The translations under genes were made by a program, and so were the position numbers. 64,000 nt of DNA from Phallusia mammillata (Eukaryota), in NCBI GenBank assembly GCA_965637545.1, contig OZ281496.1:8246001-8310000 (forward strand). Direction: 5' to 3'. Of this stretch, positions 12,407 to 25,880 are shown piece after piece (position 1 is the first letter of the stretch; every line of letters begins with the position of its first letter). The notes below the pieces were generated by a model. That model did not search any database and had not been told where the DNA came from. It saw only the letters and a program-made list of their open reading frames with translations.

Positions 12407-13494
12407 CAGGCTCCACGAGAGGGGGGTGCAGCCGGTGCGCCGCACCGGGGCCCATGAAAGTCTGGGGCCCCATAATTATTAATGAAAGTTACAGGGTGAA
12501 ATGTGAAAGACGTTTACTTTGCTGTCTGCCTTCGTATTAACATTTTTAATTGGTCTGTACGTATAGCAGCAATGGGGTCTCATGTCCGACTTAAGTCACA
12601 TTTTTCGAAAGCTTGACTTGACTTGAGCCTTCTCAGCTGTGAAAAGACTTGACTTGACTCGGTATATCAACAAAAACAGGAATATTTTTACCAGATAACC
12701 TGTTCAGTTGGCTTTAACCAAACAATAGCAGAACTTACTGTGTGATTTGTAGGTATACCCAGTATATATTTTATTTTTTTGAGGTCATTTCATCCGGCCC
12801 TCGACCATATTTTTTTTGGTTTGCGAAATCGTATTGATAATTTTGTAACATTCAAAATTTGAACTACTCCCTACGAAAGTTTTTCTGTCTCGATATGTGA
12901 AATTGATATTACCTAGTCCTAGTTTCACAGGATTACAACGCCTATTAATTGATTCAAAGCTATAGTTTGTTACGTCACAGACAAGACTACAACTGTTGAT
13001 TGTGCGCAGACAATTGTCTTTCTATGTCACTTGTGACGTAATATACAAGCATTGCTCGTAAGATGAGACTAACTATACCAGGGGTCGGCAACCCCTGGCA
13101 CGCGTGCCACGGTTGGCACGCTATAGGTGTTTTTTCATGGCAGCCAACCGATTTGCGTGTTTATATTGAAGTAACAATTTAACCTGTTACACTGCTTGTT
13201 TATAGTTTTTATCATGCCGTGGTCTTAAAATTCAGCCTTTGGCACGCGTCGCGTTTACTTTGCTGTACGAACGTTATAGTGCATGCAGTAAAAGATAGGA
13301 ATTTTAGGTTTTTAAAACTTTAAAGGTTTGGCGTTATTGTCCAAGCTGTTTAATGAGTGCGGCTAGCTTGCTTCTGTTTGTTCTTTTGGCGAATAAACGT
13401 ATTAAACGCTTGATATTCAGCACATAAATAGTGTTCAAAGAGGGGCCCAGAAATTGACTTGCACCAGCATATTTTTTCTCTCTCCAGGGCCCTG
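12407..13494. mobile_element. hAT-type element 2, inserted at the right end of MITE 1 and carrying further nested fragments
   Basis: Ends CAGGCTCC... / ...GGGCCCTG with 8-bp TSD CCCCTGCC (12399-12406 and 13495-13502). Internal GACTTGACTTG-rich fragment at ~12590-12661 and another hAT end CAGGGGTCGGCAACC at 13079. Confidence 0.75.
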
Positions 13495-14498
13495 CCCCTG
13501 CCTTAAACGCTTAAATCGAATTTTCTAACGCGCTTTGCACAGTCAACTATATCGCTTATTATCAGTTTCATACACGACTTTGCACGCATAAAGCGGGTTC
13601 CCTAACGAGTTTTGTGCAGTCAATGATAGCTTTGTACCTAAAAGGTGCATATGCTCTACGCTGTTTACCTAACAAGCTAAAGACAAGCAAGATACCGCTC
13701 ATACAATGACCTACTTTGTGGCTTAAACATGTTTTTTTTGCAGTCAACCATCATACAGGGCATGTTACATGCACTACTTACAACCCTTTAGCGGTTATTC
13801 CAATTAGCTTAGTTAAGTCATCTTGCTACACTTACATTATTATACACAAAAAAGTGGAAAATCAACTTTGAATTATTATTTTCTTCTTAAAATTGCCCCT
13901 GCATATATTCACGTCTTATCGCAACAGCTATCAAAGCAAACTGAATCGAACGTTGTTAATAACGTTTAGTGCATGGACTAAAAACGGCCAAAATAGGCTT
14001 TGTTAAGAATGTACAATGAATTTGAGCAGATCTTCCATACGTACAGATGTGAAGACATGTCGACTTCCGCAAGAAAAGATGGAAAATTGACTAAAGCGTT
14101 TGAAAAGCGCCACTGTTCCTCTCTACGTCACAACCGCTCCATAGATCTAACTGGAGGACAAAAGGTGAACAGATTTGTTTGATTAGGTACCATATTAGGT
14201 CGCCTTGCTTCTTTATTGATATCTCCATGGAATTGCAATAGGGCGTTGTCCAAAATGTTGACATTAAAAATATATCATAAATTTGACAACGGGATCTGAA
14301 TTGTCCAAGCGCAGTCGTTCGGCTGCTCCAATATTTCTTTTGTGAGATTTGAGTTGTCTCTGTTTTATTGCATCAATTTATTACATGCTTCAACTTTTCC
14401 TGTGGTCACCAGCTTAAATAAAAAAGAATCATTGTTGGTAAAGTCGACATTGGAAAAAATCGTACAACACGCTTGTTTTTGTGGCAATGCAGCAAGGG

Positions 14499-14970
14499 CA
14501 GGGGTCGGCAACCTTTTAAGCGGCGCGTACCCATTTACTTGTTATTTCCATGTGATAATGGCTGCTCGTGCCAACATTTTTTGTGGATAATAGTGGTTTG
14601 TGCCAGGTGATCTTAATGGTAAGCAGAAAACAGAGTGTTTTGTGCATGTGGGTTAGTTTTTAAACAATGTCATGATCAAAAACTAAAAACAAGCAGTAAA
14701 ATAGGTTGTTTAGTACTTTAATGTAAACACGCAAATCGATTGTCGTGCCATGAAAAGTAATGGAGTTTAAAAAATAAACACATTTTGCCGCTGAAGTGCA
14801 ATGTCGGTGAGTGTAAGAGAAAAACTTGATTCATACAAATCAGTTACTTTAAAATGTCTGAAATATGAGTTGAGTCAAACATACATAAATATGCTGGAGT
14901 TGTGCAGAACCTGAGACAACAAAAATGTGTAAGATGTTTAATGAAAACATTAAACCGGCCAATAGACGCA
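14499..14970. mobile_element. Truncated hAT-type MITE (one end only)
   Basis: Starts with CAGGGGTCGGCAACC, the same terminus as at 13079. No matching right TIR was found, so the right end is approximate. Confidence 0.5.
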
Positions 14971-15942
14971 AAATCTGTTTTTATCCCATGCTATATGTAA
15001 CAAATCCAATATAATGTCCTATATCTGTAACTATCTACCGTTTTCAGGTAATATTTGATTGTACCCTTTTGGTTACGCTTCGTGTACTTTTGGGATGGTT
15101 TCTTTTTCTGTTGAACCCCACCCTCTTTCCACTGGTGGCTAGCTTTTAGGTCCCAACTTGAGTGATTCCACCAACGTAGCCCCCCAGTTTCGTCCAAATG
15201 TGCCAACCTCACCTTCTAATGTGAGTCCCTGTCACGTAAGGCTTGTAGTAACGGTGTAGCTGCAGCGCGTCTACCATCTATCCACCAATTGTACACCCAA
15301 CTTTGTCGCGACTTTTGACGTCTATTTCCGGTTTAGTGAATATTTTAGCGCAATTGTGCTGTTACGATTTTGCCCGGCGAAATAAATCCTCAATCCATTA
15401 CTGTTTTGCCTGTTGTGATTACTTTATCGTGTGTGGTATATAAATCGACAATCCAAGCCAATGCTTGTGTCGTTAATATAAACAAACACAAATAGTTTTT
15501 AGAAAAGATTAATAATAACAACCATACAAATGATTTTTATAGGTGAGTAGCTTGTTGGGGCCTCCAGATAGGCGATTGGTAACTTAAACAATTCTATGGA
15601 AAAATTATCATGGTTGTGAAATGCTAAGTTGGATAATATACGCTTGTTAACGTAGCAGCTACCATCACTAGATCGCTTACAAGAGACGTTGTATTGGCGG
15701 AAATAGTTGCTCGACCACAGCACACTACCTGCTGATGTAATAAACCATAACGGTTTACTTACACATATGTTGTGAAGCATGAAACACAAATGACCCTGAC
15801 CATATAAACAGGAGTCCAAGCAGGTAGTAACACCAAGTGACCTACTTATTTCTTCAGTTCTAACAAGATGCTGTAATTGTTTTACTCATTCTTAGCTTTG
15901 TCCAGCAGTCCTAATATATTGTACTTAAAATATCCTCTATGA

Positions 15943-16478
15943 CAGGGGCGGAGCAGCTTCTCCAGTCGGCGGGCCTGATATGGGAAAATGAAGTACTTGG
16001 CGGGCCGGATTCCTGAATCGATACATTAATCGCGTATTTATCCAGTGATTTAAAACGGATTTTTGACCACCTTAACCATACATACATTCAAGAACATCAC
16101 AAATACAATACAGTCCAAACAATCTAACTGAAATAACATAAAATATCCACCACAGTAAATTTAATGCATACACCACAGACTTGCTGAAACACTAACTAGG
16201 CTACACGTGATGAAACAAAGGAAACCGTGAAAGCAGGCCACACACAAGGTTGGCAGTTTTATGTCGTAACAATGGACTTATGGTTCAATGGTAACAACGG
16301 CGGGAAAGTTTTTTACTATTGGGGAGCGTTACTATCTGTTACAACTACAATTTGACGCAGTAAGCATATGGGGGGAATTGCGGCAGACTGTGGCCGCGGG
16401 CCACATTATCATGTAAGACCTGAAACTGTCTGCGGGCCGCTCAAAATCCCGTCACGGGCCGTATGTTGCCCGTCCCTG
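15943..16478. mobile_element. hAT-type MITE
   Basis: Imperfect TIR CAGGGGCGGAGCA / TGTTGCCCGTCCCTG, GCGGGCC subterminal motifs and near-perfect 8-bp TSD CTCTATGA / TTCTATGA. Confidence 0.75.
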
Positions 16479-16947
16479 TTCTATGATATGATATTCCATG
16501 AATTTATCAGTTGGCAAAAAAACGTTCATTTCAATATGTTACAATCGGTTGTAACAGAATTTACTGGTTGCGTTAACTGAGTGAAGTAATTTTTATGAAA
16601 CTGTTCATTCTTCTCATCCCAAATATAAAAAGTTTTGCAGGTAAACTGTTTATATTATCGTGAAATGATTACATCAAAGTATGTACAACTAAATAACGCA
16701 TTATGAAAGATTTCACTAAAATTAACGAAATAACATTCATATTTTTGTAAGCACAAATTGGACAAAATTTAGTTTCAAATTCACAAAACATTTGAGTTAA
16801 AATTATTTCTAAGCCATTAGCAGACACATGGGCAGTAATTGAAACACATAGCTAAAATGTACAGTTTTTAACCTAAACAACTTAATTACAATAATATTTT
16901 TAACTCCAATATGTGGCAGAAATGTGTTACGTCTATTTTGACAAAAT

Positions 16948-19900
16948 TTATCGATAAAATATCATAATTGTCGAATCCAAATCTCTCTGAGAATGAGCAT
17001 ATTCAACTGGAGTCGTTTTGTTCAACGTAGTTTCTGGCAATCCGTTCCAATCTATTTTTAAATTACAATTTTTGACAGACACAATGTTACGGTGTTAAAC
17101 AAAACAATTACTTGTAAAGTCATTGCAGTCTTCACAGTTGGAAAATCTGGATTGTTCATTCCTCCAATACACACAAACTCACTTCGCCAATCGTTCACTC
17201 TGAACAATTTACGTTTTTTTATAAAGTAATATTTAAAATAATGAATACTTCAGGTGTGACATTTAGCAGTAATTTTGTTTGGAAAAGAATCTTTTTTACA
17301 TATTGCTGGGTCACAAAGCTTTCAAATCAGACGTATTAATTTATGGTTTGTTTGGAAAAGAGTTCCAATGTCGACGCTAAGGATTTTTTGATGAGCAATT
17401 ACACTTGCAACACTTTTGTTCTGACTGTAATTTTTTGTATTGCAGTTGAACCTACGCCATTATGTTAACTACATTTTTTTTTTAAATGTAACAATATTAT
17501 AAAAGTCAGGTTGGATATTAACTTTGTTAAAGTATCACTAGATGGTATAGGCACCATAGATCTTATCGATTTAACGGATTTTGTTAACCCTTGACAAAAA
17601 AGTTTTTTTCAGTCGGTTGAAAGTACAATATATCAAAAAAAGCTTACATGAATACTGTCTATTTTAGTAATAAACCCGTTTTAGGTATATTTGTATGACA
17701 GCTGCACTAACTTAACAGCAGGACACATTGCATAGACGCTTCCATGTTTTCCATAAGCACGAAAATGAACAAAACCGGTAGGTAGAGGCTTCACACTTGG
17801 TGGCAGCATCGAGTTAACCACAGAATCGTTTCCGATCGAAAATTGAACTGGTACTGAAAGCACGTCTTCCTCATAAGAGCAATCTGGACCTTAAAAAATA
17901 AATCAGTAGGTTTGTCACCAATAAATCTAGTTATAGAATACACGCTAGAGCCAGATAGTTAAAAAAACAAACAATAAATCCAATGATTTTTAGATCAATT
18001 CAGTTATTATTGAAAAATCTTTATTAATTAACAAAAGCTTGGTAATACAACAAAGACCGTTTGCGTAACGTTGGTGGTTGCAAAACTCACAAAAATCACT
18101 TTCCGAAATTACTTCCAATATTTTGTAGGTAAAAGCGTTGACCTCTGTTTCTAATATTAAATCTCCAGTTTTCCTAAACACAGAATTAACATGACTAGCT
18201 GTTTTACTTAGTTTCAAGCGTTTTCATCACCAGTATACCTGGAAATCATTGTGTAACCAAGTAGAGTGTTGGACAACGGTGTATATATTTTCAACCCATA
18301 AAAGTATGATTTGCTAGTTGTACTAGTTTTCAATTCTAGCTTTGGGTTTCCTGATGATTTCCATGTCTATGTATAAAAGACAAGTTTATTAAAAAACTCC
18401 GTAAAATTGGTTTATCTGTCAAGTTTGGAATCGAAAATATCATTTTCTGGGCTGCGCCCCCAAAGTTAGATATCGTATATTGTTGACGAACTTTTTTGTA
18501 AGTTGAAATAAAATTTGTATTTTCAACACACGTCACATGTCTATACCCTCTGGTCAAATAAATAAGCGAATAAGTACCCGGTGATTATTGTAAAAGAAAC
18601 TTTCAATGTACCTGTGTGTTAAAAATGTAAAACATAATGTCACAGAAGCTGGCAGTTGTTGATCTGTTTCTACATGATGGTTCATAATGTAAAAAGAAAT
18701 TGTCGAGAGTGTGATTTCCTTCGTACCAAAGGATCGAAAACCATGTGGCTATAGACACCAAAATCATGGAATAATTTAAACTGGGCAATATGCAAGTGCT
18801 GCATTCACTTACCCCAAAAGAGACATATTTCAAAGAGGGATCAAAATCTCCTATAGCAAACAAGGCAAAGAATGGATGCATTTTTCGACTCGATTGCATT
18901 ATATTGTCCTGATCACATCTTTATTGTATACAGGAAAAGTAAATCACGTGGTACAACAAAAAAACATCCTACATTTCACCAACCTATGATCTAATCCGTA
19001 ATGTGCATGGTGATTAGGACACCTTGTTTTGTAATTAAATGAACAAAATAGACAATCTTGACAATATGGATGATTCGGATTATATGCTCCTCTTGCGCTA
19101 AAATCGACCTGTACAAACACATTTTTTAGTCGAACAAACATGGCAATTTTGTTAACTTACCCTCATTCCGTAACGTTCCCCGACAATTCCCTATCGTGCA
19201 GCTCATAAGCATGAGTACCATAGTCATAAAAATAGTAGTCAGAAATTAAATTTGTGAAGTCTGTAGATTTTTCCTCAAGTCTATCCAACATCGATTTTAC
19301 ATCGGGATAAAACTCTTAAATTAAAAACAAAACCGTCAACCTATTACACAGCCATAAATTGTTGGAAGTACCATTCCCTTGCTGTAATGGATAATGAAAA
19401 TTGTAAATTTTATGCAAATTCCCCCCATAATTTTGCGTAAATCCGTTCACTGATTGATATTGCAAAATACTCATCTCTCTGCTGACCTCCAGTGGTGTTA
19501 GGTTTTGAACATGACGTAAGATTATGTCTTGTTCCTAAACAAGCACAATGTTTCAAAGCGTTTCAAACTATTTTGCATTTTACAAAATTTTTTTTACATG
19601 GTATTCGAAATAAGCCTGGCTTTTAAAATCCATTTTTGTACAGGTATCAAATGTTCCAAAAGTGTTTGTGTTCATCCAATTCTAAAGTTCTGAAAATTAA
19701 AACTTAAAACAGTTTTTAACCTTTGGGCAATCTACCTTACCCAAGACTGCACTATTGTTGCTTGAAGTCAGAAACCACAAATTACTATAAGATTCTACAT
19801 AAGTAAAACTATTGTTGTTGATAGTTGCCGCGAAAATCCATCCACCACCAGCAGCTTTCATGTCAAAATAAGCCTTGACAAAATGTAAAAAAAGATAGAC

Positions 19901-22298
19901 GGATACTAATGTTTTTGGAAAAGGTTGCTCATTGTACATAAGATAATCAAACATTTATGAAATGCCTAAATGCAGTTTTGTTTCCTTATTCCGCTCACCG
20001 GAACAATTAAAGAAGTTTCAACATATACACAAGAAAAAAAATACAAAGTGCACCTTACAAAGACAAAAAGTTTGATCAGAAAAGATCTCAATGTCCATTT
20101 TGAAGCTATTTTGATTTACGAAAAACAAAAATTAAAAACGAAATCGATTATTAACCACACAAACTGTTTCTGTATAATACCTACTTCAAGCGATTTGTGT
20201 AACGATTGTATAACGTAGATTCCATCTTGAAACCCAGCATCTGTCAGTTCAACACATGAACGGGCAGAGTTAGGGAAAGTACCAAGCGGTGGTTTTATTG
20301 TCATGTGTTCTGTTGCGTTAAAAGCTGGGTGTTCAAATGTCTGCGGTCCTCCAAAGCCATCTAAAATCGTTAAGGTATGATATAACTTATTTTGAAACAG
20401 TATTTTATTTACTTACTTGGTTGTTTATAAAGAATAAATATGCCAAAAGTTAGTCCCAAAGCAGCCAGGACTCCAACCACACACACCAAAATTATAATCA
20501 CATGTAACAACTTCTGATTCTTTGGATGCTTTTCCGGGCGCATGGTAACAATTTCTGTTAAAAAAACATTAGTACATGTCGTTTCCTATCCAGGTTTGCA
20601 CCATATCTGATATCTGCCTTGATTAATACGTTTGGGAAACGTTAAACCAACAAAGGGCCAAAATCATTCTACAGCTGTTTTAACTAGATTTAAACCGAAT
20701 TCTGGTCTCCGTTATTAATTTTACCACATTGTACGCATCAATGCAGGTTAACTCACTTTTTGAAAGAAATGAAAGGTGTTGCGATTTTGACACATGCTAA
20801 ATATTATACTGGGTAAAGAAACGTTTGTCAGTTAAACCCACTGTAAACGCGATGTTTAAACGGTTGTTCTGTGTTTGCCACTTTCATATAAGCGTGGCAC
20901 ACATCGAAACATTATCGGCCAATCGTTACTACGTCATGCTGCAGTAAAGAGAAACTGCAATCGATCGTTATGGTGTGGTTAAGATTTAAAAAAACGACAC
21001 TGAGACCAACCTTACCTAATGCACTACTTTTTTGTTTGTAGTTGTTTCTCCAGTAGTAAATTTTCCATTTTTTCCGCCTTGCTTTATTTTATACGCACTT
21101 ATTGTTGTGTTATGTTTGTTCGATTTTTTGAACCTTGATTTTTATGTACATCACAGCACACCAACCAGGTTACCATTTTGTACGAAACCCCAGCCGTTAT
21201 CATGTGGTTGATTTGTTTTTACCTAGGTTTACTCAACAATATATTTGTTTTGAATATGAATTCTAGGTATAATTCAACAAATATTTGTCCACAGCAAACC
21301 AAAATATTTTTGTAATTGTCTAAAAGCCCTTGTTATAAGGTTGCACATACAAATCGCCTAAAGCCCTCATATACAGTATACATTGCTAAGTTGACTTATT
21401 TGCGCTGAATAACGTTGCAAAGTTGCGCAGCTATTGAGGACCTAATGATTGTTAATGTAAAACTATTTTGTGAACTTTCAACAAGTGAAATCAATCGTTT
21501 AAACATCACAATGCAACCACCGAATATCTCAGCATGTATTAAAGCCTGTAATATTGTGTAGTAGGATTTGAGGTTTTGTCTGTATCACTGCTGGTTTTGT
21601 CTGTAAATATTTAGGACATTAAAAGATATGAAATGTAATGCGAGTGCTTTAAATTAAACCTGATTGAGAAACTTTTGTAAGTTAAGTCGACTATGACACG
21701 CAACATTAAGTGACTGCCACTTAAAAGGTCACATGACTCACATTAGCTTGCCCTACATCAAAACAATAATGATTGTACTTTTGGCTAATCGTTACTACGT
21801 CACCCTGCAGTGTCGAGAAACTGAATCATTGTTAAAGCCGCTATGGTGTGGGTTGGATTGTAATAATCAACACTAAAATGAATCCCAATTTTTGCACTAG
21901 CACCTCGTCTGCACGAATTTTCCCCTGGTAAATTTTTCGCTTTTTTTCGTATTGCCTTTTACGCACTACTTGATATTTTATGTTTGTTCGATTTTGTAAA
22001 GCTTATTTTATGTGTACGTCACAACACGAATTAGGTGATCATTCTGCTTAAAACCCTAGCTGTTCTTGTGTAGAATTTCTTGTAAGTTTTAAAACTTGAG
22101 TTGTACACACCCTGGGATGTACTATATATATCCTGATGACGACGCCTCGAACCAGACATCTAGTTTTAGGCTGAGTTATTTCAATTTCACTGGAAAGAAT
22201 ATACCTGATTGATTTGTTTCCACTTCCGGAATGTTTTTTCGCTGAAGCTCAATAACTTCGTAAGATACAGGATCATTATTTACATAATTATTAGACAT
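16948..22298 (-). pseudogene. Type II TM split-intelectin receptor, copy A (probable pseudogene)
   Basis: Exons are collinear with copy C: first exon 22205-22298 (MSNNYVNNDPVSYEVI...), TM exon ~20418-20555, then RSC..L...G..DG, YFDM..GGGW, NWMNTNTFG, GPDC...FRAYG and IMIFYR*. Lesions: in-frame TAG at 19682-19684; exon 19161-19314 is 154 nt versus 155 in B/C; exon 17112-17199 is 88 nt versus 89; frame disrupted near 18740. Confidence 0.8.
20915..22060. repeat. Diverged ~300-bp direct duplication (~20915-21210 and ~21780-22060) in the intron after copy A exon 1
   Basis: Shared blocks aatcgttactacgtca, gagaaactg, tatggtgtgg and ttatgtttgttcgatttt. Confidence 0.65.
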
Positions 22299-24426
22299 CT
22301 TGGACTGTTTTAGAATCCTGAAAATAACAGAAATCCTGAAAAGCTAGTCATTACTGAATATAATACGCAGCGTCTGTTTTTTTCTGACATCGTTCAAGTC
22401 GAATTTATTTACCGTCTAAAAAAAATTGTTCTCAGTGCCGGATCAAGGCTCTGCTGGCATGTAGGCACATTTTATAAGTGGCCCGAAAACTAGGGTTGCC
22501 AACAAAAAAATTAGAATTTCATTCTACTGATTTTAAAGTGGCCTGGATTTTTGACTGGCCTGTAAGCACGGGCCTACTTTGCATAATGGTTGGTATTGAC
22601 AAACAACAACAAGAAACAAAAAATGATTGACTTGTAGCAATTTTACGGTTAATTTTGAAGTTGTACTTTGAATATGTATATACGAATAACCGAACCTTAA
22701 ACAGGTTGTAGCTGAATATATCTCCGCATTTAGCTTAACTAAGTAAATAAATCAAAGGTGACATTTTTCAACAGTGACACAAACAACATATATGATAAAA
22801 TTATTTTGCAAAACATTAATATTACAGCAACAACATACTTATTATTTTACGAATAGCTTGTAACTTAAATAAAGCTTACTGCAAACTGAACTGGATGAAA
22901 TATCAGAAATATCTGTCTTTACCACCCTTTCAGCACTTACATATCCACGATATGAACTCATGTACATTGGAACACTTTATAAAACGCTATAGCGAGAAAC
23001 TTTATTGCGGTGCACAATTACATATCCTTACAGATGATTCAAATCAGAAACTCAGTAGACATGATTGAAAGTAGAAACTAGATGACGGTCATTCCTTTAT
23101 TAATGATATCGAACACATACGACCCAGCTCGAACGCCAGTGATGCCAAGGTTCAATCAGTAAACACAATTGTTTTTGAAGCTTAAAATCATCCTTGGGCC
23201 CCAGAATTGAAAAAAAAAAACGAATTTAGTTAAACAAGCTGATAATTTACTTGCCCCGACACTCACCCACCTTTTATTTATTTTCTTACAAACCATTTAT
23301 TGTTCGTTGTATATGGACTTTACTGATATGGTCATTGCAAAAATAAGTTTTGAACTTCAAACTACCTAGCATACTTGTTTTAATTGATTGAGTTTGTCTT
23401 TGATGTCAGTCAGAGAACAGTGGTTAAATAATCATACGATAAATTAATACGTAATAGGAGCGTGGTCTTTACCGCAGGTCACAACGCGTACAAGCTTTTC
23501 TACGGACCGTGTCATACTTTGTGAATCATATTTCTGTCTACACTATAACGTGCCATATGCTACAGGACGGTGTTAGTGCAGATAATACAACAAGTAGCAT
23601 CGCTTCATCACAAATTTAAGCTATCGTTTGAAATTAGTATACTAATTAAATTTGGTTTGACATGATACAATATTCAGCAAAATTGTCTGTAACGTTTCCA
23701 AATTTTTTTTAACTGATTGTGAACAAGGTGGTATTTGGATGAGAAATGTATTGATCAAAATGGTATTGCTTTTAACAGCTCTAAATGGTACAAAATCTGA
23801 CAAAGAAAATTGTAACATGTTAAATAAGTTATACTTTATTCCCGATTGTCTCTGTGTGGCTTGGACAAAAATAACTCCGTGCTGTCAACTATTTCGCAGT
23901 AATATTAAATTATTTATGTGACTAGGTGCTTTAGGAAGTGGCTATTAGATAATTTCTCAATAAATTGTTTCTCACCGAGTAAGAAACTAATTAAAAAAAA
24001 TTGATGGATTGAACTAATATAAATAAAAGTCAATAATGGTCAAATCGATCTGTAAAGGTCCGGTAGCTCAACGACTAGGAGACTGTGAGAAGACAAATGC
24101 AAGGGTTGTCTGTCGGCAGTAGGCAAACAAATAAACTGTTGCCAACCTGATTAAAAAATATACATATTTTAGCGCAAAAAATCGGGATCAGTTGTCGGAA
24201 AAATCGGCAAAAAACTTGGTGGAAAAAAATAGATAGAGAAAAGCCAAAATGGCGTCGTACTTTACCTGAATCTGTTTGCTTTCTAACCTTTATCTTGTTG
24301 AAGCTGACAGAAAAAAAAACTTGTGACCTATAATTTTGTCCTCCAAGTCATTTCTGTCTCAACAAGCAAACCAGTTATAATTATAAAGTCACGAATTTAA
24401 ACCGCAAAAAAATGCTTGAAGCCCAC

Positions 24427-24523
24427 CTGGTTTGCTTTTAAGTTTTAATTTCAACGCTTGTCCTTCTTTAATTCCGACCGTTTCGTAAGTGTCATCACCA
24501 TGATTTACGTAAATATGCGCCAT
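24427..24523 (-). pseudogene. Orphan first coding exon (copy D) of the split-intelectin receptor family
   Basis: MAHIYVNHGDDTYETVGIKEGQALKLKLKSKP with a phase-1 GT donor. It is 97 nt, the same as copy C exon 1 (MAHTYVN...). No matching TM or lectin exons were found before copy A. Confidence 0.7.
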
Positions 24524-25340
24524 AACTAACATAAATTTACAACCTAAAAAGTGTTCTGTTAAAATGTCCATGAATGCAAAACAAACAGAATTAGATGCGA
24601 TTTATAATTATTGTGAGATTTTCAGTTTCATTTACTGTCAACAAATCTAGTTCCTGTTTGGTTTATGTCCTATTGTGGCATCGAACATATGGGTTTGGGC
24701 ATGCTTTTTAGCCTGTTTTTGCCACAAAACGCACGTAGCAGAAACGAACCAAAAAAGGGACCAAAAACCACGTTATACATTACATTATATGTAACAAATG
24801 CTTTGACAACAGCTTCACTGCTGGGTCATTATAAATTAAAACAGTGTGCTCTGACTTTCGCTTAAATATCTTTACTTTGTTGTTAAAACTCTGTCCAAGA
24901 CTGTCTTGTGAAAACAACACTTTCTTTAACATTAGTTGCAATACTAACTTCAAGTTAAACTAGGAATTTAAAAAAAAGTTGTTAGTGAAGGGTTACAGCT
25001 TTTAGTAACGGACACAACGTATCTGCAGCAACAATATGTGCCAGCTTAAACCGAAAGTCTTCGGTCGTTGTGTTACACAAGATGTGTAAAGTTTAATTGG
25101 TAGTAAACCCTTACAAACGGGTATTGTTACATTCGGTCAATGTCAATAGAGATTCCGAAATGTCGATAATAAACAGCGTTTGTGTTAAGCAATTGAACAG
25201 CCTGCGTATTTCTTGATCGCAGACAAAACCGACTTGAAATTGTACTTACGTGCTTGTGTAATAACACTCTTAATTTTACTTTTGCGAATATCTATTTGCA
25301 AATACACAGCAGTTTAAATACAGTTGCAGAACCTTTAAAC

Positions 25341-25880
25341 CAGGGAGTCGAACCGCTTGTCATATGGGTTCAGGTTCGGTTCGGGTTCACTTGGTTTTGT
25401 TTTTAAGGGTTCGGGTTCAGGTCCGGTTTTTAAAAATGTATATTTTCGGGTTCGGGTTTTGTTCTGGTTTGGGCAAATTATCCGGTCCGAACCGGTTTGC
25501 GGTTTTTAAACCGGTTCAAATTTTTATTCGTTTTAATTTAATTCTACCCATCAACTACCTGGCCATATCAAACGCCAAAATAATTTTGCCCGTGTGCTGT
25601 TATTTTTGACACGCCCTATATAGCGCACTGAAGACTACGCGAGATAACACATATATATGTGTGCGCTGTTTTGAACAAAAAATCATAAAATATAAAACAG
25701 ACTGCATTTTTTACTGGTTCGGTTCCGGTTCAGGTCCAACGCCAAACAAAATATAGGGTTCAACTCCGGTTCGGGTTTTAAGAAAATCGTAGTTAGCGGT
25801 TCGGGTTCGGTTCGGGTTTAATGAAATTAACCGCTCAAACCGGTTTGCGGGTTCGGGTTCAGTTCCGGTTCGACTCCCTG
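25341..25880. mobile_element. Young hAT-type MITE
   Basis: Perfect 15-bp TIR CAGGGAGTCGAACCG / CGGTTCGACTCCCTG, perfect 8-bp TSD CTTTAAAC (25333-25340, 25881-25888) and many GGTTCG/AACCGG subterminal repeats. Confidence 0.92.

Noticed and set aside
15499-15819. 106-aa Cys-containing minus-strand ORF
   Set aside because: It could be an exon, but no domain, paralog or connected splice path could be established.
18640-18750. Frame reading FGTKEITLSTISFYI, resembling the intelectin C-terminus and suggesting a second complete domain
   Set aside because: Paralog comparison shows synonymous third-position changes in the other frame (Y.GNHT...FFLH), so the resemblance is off-frame coincidence.
23739-23921. 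60-aa plus-strand ORF with a weak signal-peptide look
   Set aside because: The hydrophobic core is short and there is no supporting splice, paralog or motif evidence.
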